This document shows, piece after piece, positions 47,538 to 57,388 of a stretch of DNA of 64,000 nucleotides. The translations under genes and the position numbers were made by a program. The stretch covers positions 5,053 through 69,052 of the forward strand of contig DASZWR010000078.1 of NCBI GenBank assembly GCA_035546215.1, read 5' to 3'. The notes under the pieces were generated by a model. It saw only the letters and a program-made list of their open reading frames with translations. It was not told where the DNA came from and made no database searches. The stretch comes from Gaiellaceae bacterium (GTDB taxonomy: Bacteria > Actinomycetota > Thermoleophilia > Gaiellales > Gaiellaceae). The stretch's first letter is position 1. Each line of letters opens with the position of its first letter.

Positions 47538-48373
47538 CCGCGGTCGTCGTCTCGGGCCTGCGCAAGCGCTACGCCGACCACGAGGCGCTGAAGGGGATCG
47601 ACTTCCGCATCGAGTCGGGCGAGGTCTTCGGCCTGCTCGGCCCGAACGGCGCCGGCAAGACGACGACTGTGGAGATCCTCGAGGGCTACCGCGCCCGCGA
47701 CGACGGCGACGTGCAGGTGCTCGGCACCGACCCGCAGCGTGGCGGCACCCCGTGGCGGCAGCGGATCGGGGTGATGCTCCAGAGCTCCTCGCTGTACCCG
47801 CACCTGACGGTGCGCGAGACCCTGCAGGTGTTCGCCGGCTACTACGCCACGCCGCGCAACCCGGAAGAGGTGGTCGAGATCGTCGAGCTGGGCGAGAAGG
47901 CTGACGCACGCGTCCGCACGCTCTCGGGCGGCCAGCAGCGCCGGCTCGACCTCGGGCTCGCGCTGGTCGGCGACCCGGAGCTGCTGTTCCTGGACGAGCC
48001 GACCACCGGCTTCGACCCCAACGCCCGCCGCACCGCCTGGCAGACGATCCGCAACCTGCGCGAGCTCGGCAAGACGATCCTGCTCACCACCCACTACCTC
48101 GACGAGGCGGAGCAGCTCGCCGACCGCGTCGCCGTCCTCCGCGCCGGCGAGATCGTGCGCGAGGGGACGCCCGCCGAGCTGACCGGGGGCGAGGTGGAGA
48201 CCGAGATCCGCTACCGCCGCAACGGCGGCGAGGTGGTCGAGCGGACGCGCGAGCCGACGCAGCGTCTGCACGCGCTCACCGCCGAGGCGCTCGAGCGCGG
48301 CGAGGAGCTCGAGGCGCTCGAGGTGCGGCGTCCCACGCTCGAGGACGTGTACCTGGAGCTGACCGCCGAATGA
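47534..48373 (+). CDS. ABC transporter ATP-binding protein (ABC-2/DrrA-like)
   Basis: GTGA overlap. Walker A GPNGAGKTT, signature LSGGQQRR, Walker B LLFLDEPTTG. Confidence 0.9.
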   Translation: MTAVVVSGLRKRYADHEALKGIDFRIESGEVFGLLGPNGAGKTTTVEILEGYRARDDGDVQVLGTDPQRGGTPWRQRIGVMLQSSSLYPHLTVRETLQVFAGYYATPRNPEEVVEIVELGEKADARVRTLSGGQQRRLDLGLALVGDPELLFLDEPTTGFDPNARRTAWQTIRNLRELGKTILLTTHYLDEAEQLADRVAVLRAGEIVREGTPAELTGGEVETEIRYRRNGGEVVERTREPTQRLHALTAEALERGEELEALEVRRPTLEDVYLELTAE

Positions 48374-49119
48374 GGCTTTTCGTGCACGAGGTCCGCACCG
48401 AGCAGAAGCTCTTCTGGCGGAACCGCGAGGCCGCCTTCTTCACGTTCTTCCTGCCGGTCATCTTCTTCCTCGTGTTCGCGTCGATCTACGGGAACGACAC
48501 GATCGAGGGGATCCGCGGCGCCCCGTTCCTGCAGGCGGGGATGATCGGCTACGGCGTGGCGTCGACGGCGTTCGCCGGGCTCGCGATCACGATGGTGATC
48601 CGCCGCGAGAGCGGCGTGCTGAAGCGCATCCGGGCGACGCCGCTGCCGCCGACCACCTACCTCGCGGCGGTGCTCGTCTCGACGTTCATCACGTTCCTGA
48701 TCGAAGCGGCCATCCTGATCGCGCTCGGCCGGCTGCTCTTCTCCGTCCCGCTGCCCGAGCGGCCGGGCTCGCTGCTCGTGGCGCTCGTGATCGGCGCGGC
48801 CTCGTTCGCCGCGCTCGGCCTCGGGCTCACCGGGCTCGTGAAGACCGCCGAGGGCTCGTCGGCGGTCGTGAACGTCTTCTACCTGCCGATGGCGATCATC
48901 TCCGGCACGTTCTTCTCGCCCGAGCACTACCCGGGCTTCCTGAAGGCGATCGCCGACCTCCTGCCGCTCACCTACTTCACGCGGCTCGCGCGCAACGTGA
49001 TGGTGCTCCACCACCACTGGTGGACGGAGCTCGGCTCCATCTGGCCGGTGCTCCTCTGGGGCGCGATCGGCCTGGCGGCGGCGATCCGCAGCTTCCGCTG
49101 GCAGCCCCACGAGGGCTGA
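48370..49119 (+). CDS. ABC-2 type transporter permease
   Basis: ATGA overlap. 6 TMs. FFTFFLPVIFFLVF. Confidence 0.85.
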   Translation: MRLFVHEVRTEQKLFWRNREAAFFTFFLPVIFFLVFASIYGNDTIEGIRGAPFLQAGMIGYGVASTAFAGLAITMVIRRESGVLKRIRATPLPPTTYLAAVLVSTFITFLIEAAILIALGRLLFSVPLPERPGSLLVALVIGAASFAALGLGLTGLVKTAEGSSAVVNVFYLPMAIISGTFFSPEHYPGFLKAIADLLPLTYFTRLARNVMVLHHHWWTELGSIWPVLLWGAIGLAAAIRSFRWQPHEG

Positions 49120-49150
49120 CGGAACCAATTACGGCCGTAGAACGTTGTAG

Positions 49151-49504
49151 GTGTACATGGACGATCCGACCATGGCATTCGTCGTGGAGCGCCACCAGGC
49201 GCCCGGCATCGAGGTGCGCGTGAACTTCGGCGTGTTCGCCGGCCGGGAGGCGACGCCCGCAGAGATCGACCGCCTGGCCGAGTGGCTCCTCGACGAGGTC
49301 GGCGAGGTCTCGATCATCTCCGAGGAGCGGCACGAGATCGACGCGCACGGCGAGGCGTCCGTCCATCAGGTGCGGATCGAGATCTCCTCGGACGACCTGA
49401 ACGGGAACCGGGACGAGATCGAGCGGAAGGTGCTCGACCGCGCCGAGCACTGGGCGCGCCTCTGCGTGGCCGAGCGCCACGCAGAGATCACAGACGTCGT
49501 CTGA
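49151..49504 (+). CDS. Hypothetical acidic protein
   Basis: High GC3. MAFVVERHQAPGIEVRVNFGVFAGREATPAEI... The start may be ATG 49157 or 49172 rather than GTG 49151. Confidence 0.55.
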   Translation: MYMDDPTMAFVVERHQAPGIEVRVNFGVFAGREATPAEIDRLAEWLLDEVGEVSIISEERHEIDAHGEASVHQVRIEISSDDLNGNRDEIERKVLDRAEHWARLCVAERHAEITDVV

Positions 49505-49907
49505 CCTCGTCCAGCGTGCGCGCCGCCTGGCGGTGCGCGACCGCGTCGAGTCCCGGACCGGCGAGCCGCCCGAGCACTCCGGTGAGCTTCAGGTCGGTGC
49601 GCCAGCGCATGAGCGTGGCGCCTCCGTCGTCCTCGAGGTCGAACGTCGAGAGGACGTCGGCGCCGCCGCCGTGCGCGCGCAGCGCGGCGTGCTCCGGCGG
49701 GCGGCGCTGCTGCACCTCGAAGCGGATCGTGATTGCCGGCGCGAGCGGCAGCGGCGGCTTCACCTTCGCCACCCAGTGGTCGGCGTCGAGCACGGTGTGG
49801 CTGCGCACCATCGGCATCGCCGCCGCGATCACGTCGGGGCTCGTGAGCAGCTCGAACACGCGCTCCCGCGGAGCCTCGAACCGGCGTTCGCCCTCGACCG
49901 TCGTCAC
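49488..49907 (-). CDS. SRPBCC-fold protein (CoxG/polyketide cyclase-like)
   Basis: GTG at 49907 shares one nt with the upstream TAG. VEGERRFEAPRERVFELLTSPDVIAAAMP is the typical CoxG N-terminus. Confidence 0.7.
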   Translation of the reverse strand: MTTVEGERRFEAPRERVFELLTSPDVIAAAMPMVRSHTVLDADHWVAKVKPPLPLAPAITIRFEVQQRRPPEHAALRAHGGGADVLSTFDLEDDGGATLMRWRTDLKLTGVLGRLAGPGLDAVAHRQAARTLDEVRRRL

Positions 49908-50947
49908 TACCGCGTGAGCGTAACCTTCGAAAGCCCGAGCGGGCTGTCGAGGTCGACGCCGCGCAGCTCGGCGAGGCGGAACGCCGCCAGCTGCCCGGGC
50001 ACCACGGCCACGAGCGGGCTCAGCCAGTCGGGCACGCGCGTCCACAGCGGCAGCGCGATCTCGCCGCGTGCGAGCGCGCGCTCGTCGTCCGAGATGACCA
50101 CGAGCCTCGGCCCGCGCGCGGACAGCGCGTCGAGCGCGTCGAGCATCACCTGGAGCGCCGGCCCGCGCGGGGCGACCGCGATCACCGGCCAGCCCGACGC
50201 GATCGCCGCGACCGGCCCGTGCATCAGGTCGGCGGCGCTGTACGACTCGAAGAGGAGGCCCGACAGCTCGCGGATCTTCAGCGCGACCTCGAAGCAGGTG
50301 GCGTAGTTGACGCCGCGCGCGATCACCGTCCCGCCCTCGATCGCCCCGAGCCGGTCGACGGCCTGCGCGTCGTCCCAGGACCGTTCGATCTGCAGCGACA
50401 GCTGCGACGGGATGCGCTGCAGCTCGGCGAGCGCGGTGCGGTCGTCGGTCGCGAGCGCGAACAGAAGCGCGACCGCCCCCAGCGAGTTGACGTAGGTCTT
50501 CGTCGCGGCGACCGCGAGCTCGTCGCCCGCCTCGAGCGCGAGCACCTCGTCGGAGGCCTCCGCGAGCGGCGATGCGGCGTCGTTGGTGATCGCGACCGTC
50601 GGTCGGCCCTGCCTGCGCGCTTCCTCGATTACCTCCTTCACGTCGGGCGAGCGGCCCGACTGCGAGATGCCGATCACGAGCGCGCCGTCGAGCCGCGGCG
50701 GCTGCTCGTAGAGCGTGTAGAGCGACGGCGTCGCGAACGACACGGGCACCCGGTGCGAGCGGCCGAGGACGTACTGCGCGTAGCGGGCCGCGTTCGAGGA
50801 GCTGCCGCGCGAGGCGATCAGGATGTAGCGCACGTCGTCGCGCCCGAACAGCCGGCCGATCCGCTGGGCGGTCGCGCGCTGCGTGTCGATGAGCCGCATG
50901 AGCGCCTGCGGCTGCTCGCGCAGCTCGCGCTCGAGGTGCGTGGTCAT
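49907..50947 (-). CDS. SIS-domain sugar-phosphate isomerase/deaminase (GlmS isomerase-domain-like, NagB-II/AgaS type)
   Basis: Two SIS modules (ILIASRGSSSNAA, VIGISQSGRSPD, AVAATKTY). Located in the GlcNAc cluster. Confidence 0.85.
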   Translation of the reverse strand: MTTHLERELREQPQALMRLIDTQRATAQRIGRLFGRDDVRYILIASRGSSSNAARYAQYVLGRSHRVPVSFATPSLYTLYEQPPRLDGALVIGISQSGRSPDVKEVIEEARRQGRPTVAITNDAASPLAEASDEVLALEAGDELAVAATKTYVNSLGAVALLFALATDDRTALAELQRIPSQLSLQIERSWDDAQAVDRLGAIEGGTVIARGVNYATCFEVALKIRELSGLLFESYSAADLMHGPVAAIASGWPVIAVAPRGPALQVMLDALDALSARGPRLVVISDDERALARGEIALPLWTRVPDWLSPLVAVVPGQLAAFRLAELRGVDLDSPLGLSKVTLTR

Positions 50948-52236
50948 GCGAGCAGCGCCTCCGCCGCCTCGAGCGACGCGCGGCCGCCGCCGTAGGTCGC
51001 GACGAACCCGCGCGCGTGCCGCGGCCGCCACACCGGGAGCCCGATCTCGACGACGACTGCGCCGGGCCGGTCGGCGGCCTCCATCCACGGGTGCCGGTGG
51101 ACGTCGCGGACGACGTAGACGTCCGCCTCGGGCACCGGCTCGCCCTCGCGCACGACCGCCGCTCCGGCGAGGCCGTGCGCCGCCTCCCCGGCGGCGATGT
51201 TCGCGACCGGCCGGAGCTCGACGATCCGCGGCGTCCCCGGGAACGACACGTCGCCCTCGACCGAGACCGCGCGGCGTGCGGCCCCGCGGACGTCGGGGGC
51301 CTCGCCGGCCGCGGGGCGCGCCCAGCCGGCGAGCCGGGCGACCCGCCCGGCCGCCTCCGCCAGCCGTTCTGCATCGACCCGTGCTGCGAGCGCGTCGACG
51401 ATTCGCATCGTGTCCTCCTCGCCGACATCGTGCCCGACGATCAGCGCGTCGCAACCTGCCTCGACCGCGAGCACCGCGGCGTCCGCCAGATCGTGCCGCG
51501 CGCTCACGCCCTTCATCTCGAGCGCGTCGCTGACGACGACCCCGGCGAAGCCGAGCTCGCCGCGCAGGAGGCCGTCGACGATCGTCCGGTCGAGGGTCGC
51601 CGCGTCTGCGTGCACCTTGATGTGGGCGGTCATGATCGACTGCACGCCTGCCGCGACCGCCGCGCGGAACGGCTCCAGGCCGTCCTCGAGCGGCCCGACG
51701 AGCGCCGGCAGCGCGAGGTGCGAGTCCTCGACCGTCGAGCCGTGACCCGGGAAGTGCTTGGCGCACGCAGCGACGTGGTCGCGCTGGAGCCCGCGCACCG
51801 CGGCGCCGACGTGCCGCGCCACGAGCGCCGGGTCGGAGCCGAACGCGCGCGTCCCGATCACCGGGTTGCCGGGCACGTTCACGTCGGCGACGGGCGCGAA
51901 GTCCCAGTTCACCCCGGCCCGGGCGAGGTCGGCCGCGATCGCCGCCGAGACGTCCTCGGTCAACCGCGGGTCGTCGACGGCGCCGAGCGCCGCACCGCCG
52001 GGATAGGAGCTGCCGGTGCGCCACTCGAGGCGCGTGACGTCGCCGCCCTCCTCGTCGATCGCGAGCAGGACGTCCTCGCGCTCGGCGCGCAGCGCGGCTG
52101 TGAGCGTCGGCAGGTCGTCGCAGTTGTAGGCGAAGAGGACGAGCCCGCGACCGCCCGCCGCCAGGAAGCGCCTGATCCAGTCCGGCGGCGTCGAGCCCGG
52201 GAAGCTCGGCAGGACGCACGCCGCCGCGTCGGTCAC
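50944..52236 (-). CDS. Glycoside hydrolase family 3 beta-N-acetylhexosaminidase (NagZ-like)
   Basis: DEEGGDVTRL, NWDFAPVADV, KHFPGHG and VVSDALEM motifs. GTGA and ATGA overlaps on either side. Confidence 0.85.
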   Translation of the reverse strand: MTDAAACVLPSFPGSTPPDWIRRFLAAGGRGLVLFAYNCDDLPTLTAALRAEREDVLLAIDEEGGDVTRLEWRTGSSYPGGAALGAVDDPRLTEDVSAAIAADLARAGVNWDFAPVADVNVPGNPVIGTRAFGSDPALVARHVGAAVRGLQRDHVAACAKHFPGHGSTVEDSHLALPALVGPLEDGLEPFRAAVAAGVQSIMTAHIKVHADAATLDRTIVDGLLRGELGFAGVVVSDALEMKGVSARHDLADAAVLAVEAGCDALIVGHDVGEEDTMRIVDALAARVDAERLAEAAGRVARLAGWARPAAGEAPDVRGAARRAVSVEGDVSFPGTPRIVELRPVANIAAGEAAHGLAGAAVVREGEPVPEADVYVVRDVHRHPWMEAADRPGAVVVEIGLPVWRPRHARGFVATYGGGRASLEAAEALLA

Positions 52237-53051
52237 CCCCGCACCGCTCCCGAGGTCAGCCCGAAGGCGATCTTGCGCTGGACCAGCAGGAAGAAGACGA
52301 CCACCGGGATCGCGGTCAGCGTCGACGCCGCCATCAGCGCGCCCCAGTCGGTGTGCCGGCTCGTCCCGTAGAAGTACGAGAGCCAGACGGTGACCGTCTG
52401 CTTCGACTGGTCGTTCAGGAGCACGCGGGCGAAGATGTACTCGTTCCACGTCGTGATGAACGCGAAGACGGACGTCGCGACGAGGCCGGGCCCCATCAGC
52501 GGCAGCAGGATCTTCAGGAACACGCCGACGCGCGTGGAGCCGTCGACCATCGCCGCCTCCTCGAGGTCCTTCGGGATCCCGAGCAGGAACCCGCGCAGCG
52601 TCCACACCGAGAACGGCAGGACGAACGTCAGGTAGGTGACGATCACGCCGGTCAACGTGTTCACCTGGTGATAGCGCGCGAGCACGACGTACAGCGGGAT
52701 GATCAGCCCCGCCTGCGGCAGCATCTGGATGCCGATCACGAAGACGATGAAGAGCTTCCGGCCGCCGAAGCGGAAGCGCGCGAGCGCGATCGCGGCGAGG
52801 AACGAGAGCACGATTGCGATCGCGACCGTGACGAGCACGATCACGACGCTGTTTCTCACGTCCTCCCAGAAGTACGGCTTGTGCAGCGCCGCCGTGAAGT
52901 GCGCGAGCGTCGGGTGCAGCGGCAGCCACGTCGGGGTCAGCGAGATGATGTCGTCGTCCGGCTTGAACGCCGTCGAGATCATCCAGAACACCGGGAACAC
53001 CATCACGACGAAGACGGCGAGCCCGAGCGCGTCCCAGCCTGCGCGCCTCAT
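52233..53051 (-). CDS. Carbohydrate ABC transporter permease
   Basis: EAA loop DLEEAAMVDGSTRVGVFLKILLPL. 6 TMs. Confidence 0.9.
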   Translation of the reverse strand: MRRAGWDALGLAVFVVMVFPVFWMISTAFKPDDDIISLTPTWLPLHPTLAHFTAALHKPYFWEDVRNSVVIVLVTVAIAIVLSFLAAIALARFRFGGRKLFIVFVIGIQMLPQAGLIIPLYVVLARYHQVNTLTGVIVTYLTFVLPFSVWTLRGFLLGIPKDLEEAAMVDGSTRVGVFLKILLPLMGPGLVATSVFAFITTWNEYIFARVLLNDQSKQTVTVWLSYFYGTSRHTDWGALMAASTLTAIPVVVFFLLVQRKIAFGLTSGAVRG

Positions 53052-54019
53052 TCCTCCACCCCGATCCGCACCATGCGGCGCACGTAGACGACGCTGAGCA
53101 GTGCGACGATCAGCAGCATCAGCAGCGAGATCGCGGCGCCGCGGCCGTAGTCGCTCTTGAAGTAGCCCTCTTCGAAGAGGTAGACGCTCATCAGGTAGTT
53201 GCCGGTCGTGATCCGCGCCTGGCCGATGTACAGGTAGGCCTGCGTGAACACGCCGAAGTCCCAGATGATCGAGAGGCTCGTGAGGATGAGCAGGATCGGC
53301 TTGAGGATCGGCAGCGTGATGTCGCGGAACGTGCCGAACGCCGTGGCGCCGTCCACCGACGCCGCCTCGATCAGGTCGCGCGGCACCTGCGCGAGCCCGG
53401 CGTAGAGCGTGATCACCACGAAGGGCAGCGCGCCCCACACGATCAGCGTCGTCACCATCGCGAGCTGCGAGGTGGGCGTCGCGAGCCAGTCGTGCTGCTC
53501 GTAGCTCCCGACGTGCAGCTTCGTCAGCGTGTAGTTGAGGACGCCGTTCTCGGGGTTCGTCATCCACGACCACACCTGCACCGCGACGACGACCGGCATC
53601 GACCACACGAGCACGAGCCCCGAGCTGAGCAGGATGCGCACCCAGCTCGACACCTTCGTCAGGAGCAGCGCCATCAGCATCCCGAGCACGATCGTCAGCG
53701 AGACGTTCACCGCCGTGAACACGATCGTGCGGACGAGGGTGTGCCAGAAGACCTGGTCGTGGAGGATGGCGCGGTAGTTGGCGAAGCCGATCCCGGCGCC
53801 CCTGTGCTGGATCAGCTCGAAGAGGCCGTACCGCTCGGTGGACAGCTTGACGAGCCAGTAGAGCGGATAGCCGAGGATCACGGCGATCGTCACGACGACC
53901 GGCGCGATCAGCGCGTACGGCACGGTGCCGCGTGCGAACCGGGCCCGGGCACGGCGCCGCCGCCGGGCTGCTCCGAGGAGCGTCCCGGCGGCGGTTGCCG
54001 TGCTGGACCCGTCAGTCAA
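53048..54019 (-). CDS. Carbohydrate ABC transporter permease
   Basis: EAA loop DLIEAASVDGATAFGTFRDITLPIL. TTG start at 54019 as in the ORF track. Confidence 0.9.
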   Translation of the reverse strand: MTDGSSTATAAGTLLGAARRRRRARARFARGTVPYALIAPVVVTIAVILGYPLYWLVKLSTERYGLFELIQHRGAGIGFANYRAILHDQVFWHTLVRTIVFTAVNVSLTIVLGMLMALLLTKVSSWVRILLSSGLVLVWSMPVVVAVQVWSWMTNPENGVLNYTLTKLHVGSYEQHDWLATPTSQLAMVTTLIVWGALPFVVITLYAGLAQVPRDLIEAASVDGATAFGTFRDITLPILKPILLILTSLSIIWDFGVFTQAYLYIGQARITTGNYLMSVYLFEEGYFKSDYGRGAAISLLMLLIVALLSVVYVRRMVRIGVEE

Positions 54020-54023
54020 GCGC

Positions 54024-55274
54024 CTACGGCTGGTTGAGCACCGAGGCGATGTTGTCGCTCGCCGACTGCGCCGCCTGCTTGACGGACAGCTTGCCGGTGA
54101 GGATCTGGGCGAGCATGTTGCGGAGGATGTTCCCGTTCTCGACGTCGACCCAGTGCTTCGCGGTCGGCACGAACCACGAGCGGGAAGCCGCGCGCTCGTT
54201 CACGCTCGATCCGAGCAGGTTGGTCGCGTTCGGGATGTTGCCCTTCGCCTGGAGCGCCTTCTCCGACTGCGTGTCGGTGAAGTCCTTGATCCAGTCGGAC
54301 GCGAGCTGCTTGTTCGCGCTCGTGACCGGCACGGCGAGGTCGGAGCCGCCGAGGAAGCCCGGCATCGCGGTGCCCGAGACGTGGCCCGGCATCACGAACT
54401 GGGCGGTCGACGCCGTGTACTTCTTCCCGACGCAGCAGCTGAACCAGCTCGGGCCGATCATCGAGCCGGCCTGCCCCTGCGCGTAGACGTCATACGGGTT
54501 CGGGTGCGTCTCGTCCGTCGTCTTCGAGGCGCGCGAGACCGCGGTGAAGAAGTTCTTGTACGCGGTCAGGCCCGCGATCGACTTCGGCGAGGAGAGCAGG
54601 CCCTTCCACTTGCCGCTCACCTGGGTGGCGATGCCGCCGCCGTAGTCGAAGACGAAGCCCATCGCGAAGTACCAGTCGGTGCCCGCGATGTAGAGGGGCG
54701 AGTACCCCTTCTTGCTGTCCTTCTTGAAGAGCAGCTTGGCGTCGCTCGCGTACTGCGCGGTCGAGCTCGGCAGCTTCTTGATGCCCGCCTGCTTGAACAG
54801 GTCGGTGCGGTACGTGACGACGCGCGAGCCCGCGTAGTACGGGACGGCGAAGAGCTTGCCGCTGTAGGTGCCGGACTTCGCGAGGCCGCTCAGCCAGTTC
54901 GCGGAGTTGTCGAAGCTCGACTTGTTCAGCTGCGCGAACGCGCCGGCCGCCATGTACTTGGTCGTCTCGGTGTTCCCCATCTCGACGACGTCCGGGCTCG
55001 ACGACCCGCCGCCCGCGGCGAGGACCGTGTCGAGCTTCTGCAGGTGATCGCCCCAGCTCTGATACTGGACGTTGACCGTCCAGCCGGGGTGATCCGTCTG
55101 GAACTGCTGGTTCGCCGCCGCGACCACGTCCGGCCATCCGGACTGCGCGTCGGTCTGCAGCCACACCGTGATGCTGTTGGCAGCCGCCCTCTGCGTCGCC
55201 CCCGAGGTCGTGGCCGCGACCGCCGCGGCTGCGAGGGCGGCGAGACAGAGAGCGACGATGCTGCGTCTCTTCAT
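54024..55274 (-). CDS. Extracellular sugar-binding protein of the ABC transporter (NgcE/DasA-like)
   Basis: Signal peptide MKRRSIVALCLAALAAAAVAA. SBP_bac_1-type sequence. Heads the permease operon. Confidence 0.9.
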   Translation of the reverse strand: MKRRSIVALCLAALAAAAVAATTSGATQRAAANSITVWLQTDAQSGWPDVVAAANQQFQTDHPGWTVNVQYQSWGDHLQKLDTVLAAGGGSSSPDVVEMGNTETTKYMAAGAFAQLNKSSFDNSANWLSGLAKSGTYSGKLFAVPYYAGSRVVTYRTDLFKQAGIKKLPSSTAQYASDAKLLFKKDSKKGYSPLYIAGTDWYFAMGFVFDYGGGIATQVSGKWKGLLSSPKSIAGLTAYKNFFTAVSRASKTTDETHPNPYDVYAQGQAGSMIGPSWFSCCVGKKYTASTAQFVMPGHVSGTAMPGFLGGSDLAVPVTSANKQLASDWIKDFTDTQSEKALQAKGNIPNATNLLGSSVNERAASRSWFVPTAKHWVDVENGNILRNMLAQILTGKLSVKQAAQSASDNIASVLNQP

Positions 55275-55332
55275 CTGGAAGCCTCCAGAGTCGGGCGGGC
55301 CTTTCCCTGGAAACGAGACTCGGCTCCGCGCA

Positions 55333-55348
55333 TTTGGTACAGACCACT
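55333..55348. promoter_or_regulatory. dre-like GntR/HutC operator upstream of the binding-protein gene
   Basis: TTTGGTACAGACCACT contains the near-palindrome TGGTACAGACCA. Compare the Streptomyces DasR consensus A(G/C)TGGTCTAGACCA(C/G)T. Confidence 0.45.
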
Positions 55349-55400
55349 AGCCATTGCGCGCCATGGTCTCACACCGGTCGGCGAAAAGTCAATACCAATC

Positions 55401-56147
55401 TCAGAACTGGTCTAGTCCGCTCGCGGCGAGGCTCTGGAGCGGCGCGCCGCCGATCCCGATCTCGGTGACGAGGCGGTACCGGTCGCCGCGATACGTCGAG
55501 CTCGTGTACTCGACCATCTCGCCGCCCGCCGACCGGGTGACCCGTTCGAAGAGGAGCGCCGGCGAGTGGAGCGGGACGCCGAGCGTCTTCGACTCCTCCT
55601 CGCTCGTGACGGTCGGCTCGACCGTCTGCGTGCCGCCGACGACCGAGATCTCGTAGCGGCTGACGAGCAGCTCGTAGAACGAGTGGCGCTCGAGGTCGTC
55701 TGCCGTGAGCCCCGGCACCAGCGACGCGCGGACGTGGAGCAGCTCGATCGCCATCGGGTCGCCGTCCGCGAGCCGCAGGCGCTTCACCGCGACGATCGGC
55801 TCGGAAGGCGACACGTGCAGGATCCGCCCGAGGCGCGCCCCGGCGGCGATCTCGCGCAGCTCGAGCGTGCGGCTGCCCGGCGTGAGCCCGCGGGCGCGCA
55901 TGTCGTCGCTGAACGACGTGAGGTCGATCGTCCCCTTCGGCACCTTGGGCTCCGCGACGAACGTGCCCGCGCCGCGACGGCGCACGAGGTACCCCTCCCG
56001 GACGAGCTGGTCGAGGGCCGCGCGGACGGTGAGCCGCGAGACGCCGAGGTCGACACCGAGCTGCCGCTCGGACGGGATCGCGTCGCCGACCGCGAGCGCC
56101 TCGATCAGCTCGAGGACGCGCTCGCGCGTCTCTCGCTGCTTGCTCAT
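55401..56147 (-). CDS. GntR/HutC-family transcriptional regulator (DasR/NagR-like)
   Basis: N-terminal wHTH LPSERQLGVDLGVSRLTVRAALDQLVREGYL and a UTRA effector domain. ATGA overlap with the ATPase gene. Confidence 0.9.
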   Translation of the reverse strand: MSKQRETRERVLELIEALAVGDAIPSERQLGVDLGVSRLTVRAALDQLVREGYLVRRRGAGTFVAEPKVPKGTIDLTSFSDDMRARGLTPGSRTLELREIAAGARLGRILHVSPSEPIVAVKRLRLADGDPMAIELLHVRASLVPGLTADDLERHSFYELLVSRYEISVVGGTQTVEPTVTSEEESKTLGVPLHSPALLFERVTRSAGGEMVEYTSSTYRGDRYRLVTEIGIGGAPLQSLAASGLDQF

Positions 56148-57295
56148 GCGGTGGCGAGCGCCGGCTCGCCGGCCGCTTCGAGCCGCTTGCCCGAGGCCGG
56201 GTCGAAGTAGTGGAAGCGCGCGGCGTCGACGGCGAGCTCGACGGTGGCGCCGACCCGCACCTCCGAGCGCGCGTCGACGCGCGCGGTGAAGAGCGCGCGG
56301 TTCGTCGGCAGCAGGCCGCCTTCGGCGGTGGATTCCAGGATCTCCGCAGTCATCGGGGGTGCGTCGACATGGAAGAACACGTGCATGTCGGCGCCCAGAT
56401 CCTCCACCACCTCGACCTGCACGGCAACCGTGGGCCGGCCCGGCGCGAGCGCGGCGTCCTCGAACGCCTCCGGGCGGATGCCGAGGATGAACCGCTCCTG
56501 CGCGGGCGGCCGCCCGACCGGGACGCGGAACTGGCCGAAGCGCACCGCCGAGCCGTCGCAGGTCGCCTCGACGAGGTTCATCGCAGGCGAGCCGATGAAC
56601 GCGGCGATGAACATGTCCTTCGGCCGGGCGTACAGCTCCTGCGGGCTCGCGCACTGGAGGATCTGCCCGTCGCGCATGACCGCGACGCGCTGGCCGAGCG
56701 TCATCGCCTCCGTCTGGTCGTGCGTGACGTAGACGGTGGTGACGCCGAGGCGCTGGTGGAGCTGCGCGAGCGACGCGCGCATGCCGACCCGCAGCTTGGC
56801 GTCGAGGTTCGAGAGCGGCTCGTCGAGCAGGAAGGCCTGCGGCTGCCGCACGATCGCGCGGCCCATCGCCACCCGCTGGCGCTGACCGCCCGAGAGCTGA
56901 GCGGGCCGCCGGTCGAGCAGCTCGTCGAGGCCGAGCAGACCGGCCACCTCGTCGACGCGCCGGGCGATCTCCGCCTTCGGCGTGCGCCGCGCCTTCAGCC
57001 CGTAGCCCAGGTTCTGGCGCACGCTCATGTGCGGGTAGAGCGCGTACGTCTGGAAGACCATCGCGACGTCGCGGCTGCGCGGCGCGAGGTCGGTGACGTC
57101 GCGCTCGCCGATCAGGATCGCCCCGTCGGTCGCCTCCTCGAGCCCCGCGATCATCCGCAGGAGCGTCGACTTGCCGCACCCCGAGGGCCCGACGAGCACC
57201 AGGAACTCGCCGTCGCCGATCTCGAGCGACACGTCGTCGACCGCGGTGACCGGGCCGAACGCCTTCGTCACGTGCTCGAGGGTGATCCCCGCCAT
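56144..57295 (-). CDS. Sugar ABC transporter ATP-binding protein (MsiK/UgpC/MalK-like)
   Basis: Walker A GPSGCGKST, LSGGQRQR, FLLDEPLSNLD, C-terminal TOBE-like domain. Confidence 0.9.
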   Translation of the reverse strand: MAGITLEHVTKAFGPVTAVDDVSLEIGDGEFLVLVGPSGCGKSTLLRMIAGLEEATDGAILIGERDVTDLAPRSRDVAMVFQTYALYPHMSVRQNLGYGLKARRTPKAEIARRVDEVAGLLGLDELLDRRPAQLSGGQRQRVAMGRAIVRQPQAFLLDEPLSNLDAKLRVGMRASLAQLHQRLGVTTVYVTHDQTEAMTLGQRVAVMRDGQILQCASPQELYARPKDMFIAAFIGSPAMNLVEATCDGSAVRFGQFRVPVGRPPAQERFILGIRPEAFEDAALAPGRPTVAVQVEVVEDLGADMHVFFHVDAPPMTAEILESTAEGGLLPTNRALFTARVDARSEVRVGATVELAVDAARFHYFDPASGKRLEAAGEPALATA

Positions 57296-57300
57296 GCCGC

Positions 57301-57316
57301 GATGGTATAGACCACA
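57301..57316. promoter_or_regulatory. dre-like operator A in the divergent ATPase/nagA intergenic region
   Basis: GATGGTATAGACCACA (core TGGTATAGACCA), 6 nt upstream of the ATPase start codon. Confidence 0.45.
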
Positions 57317-57345
57317 GCGCACGGAAACAAGCCCGAATTGGGTGA

Positions 57346-57360
57346 ACTGGTATTGACCAG
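57346..57360. promoter_or_regulatory. dre-like operator B in the divergent ATPase/nagA intergenic region
   Basis: ACTGGTATTGACCAG (outer CTGGT/ACCAG inverted repeat). The same TGGTATTGAC decamer recurs on the minus strand at 55388-55397. Confidence 0.4.
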
Positions 57361-57388
57361 GGCTCGGACCACTTCTACACTGGCGCGG

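Noticed and set aside
55361-55420. Additional dre-like sequences ATGGTCTCACACC (55363-55375) and ACTGGTCTAGTCC (55406-55418).
   Set aside because: The first is only a half-site. The second lies within the last codons of the GntR gene (it encodes ...GLDQF). Its match to the DasR consensus is good, so it may be real, but I cannot separate that from coding constraint.
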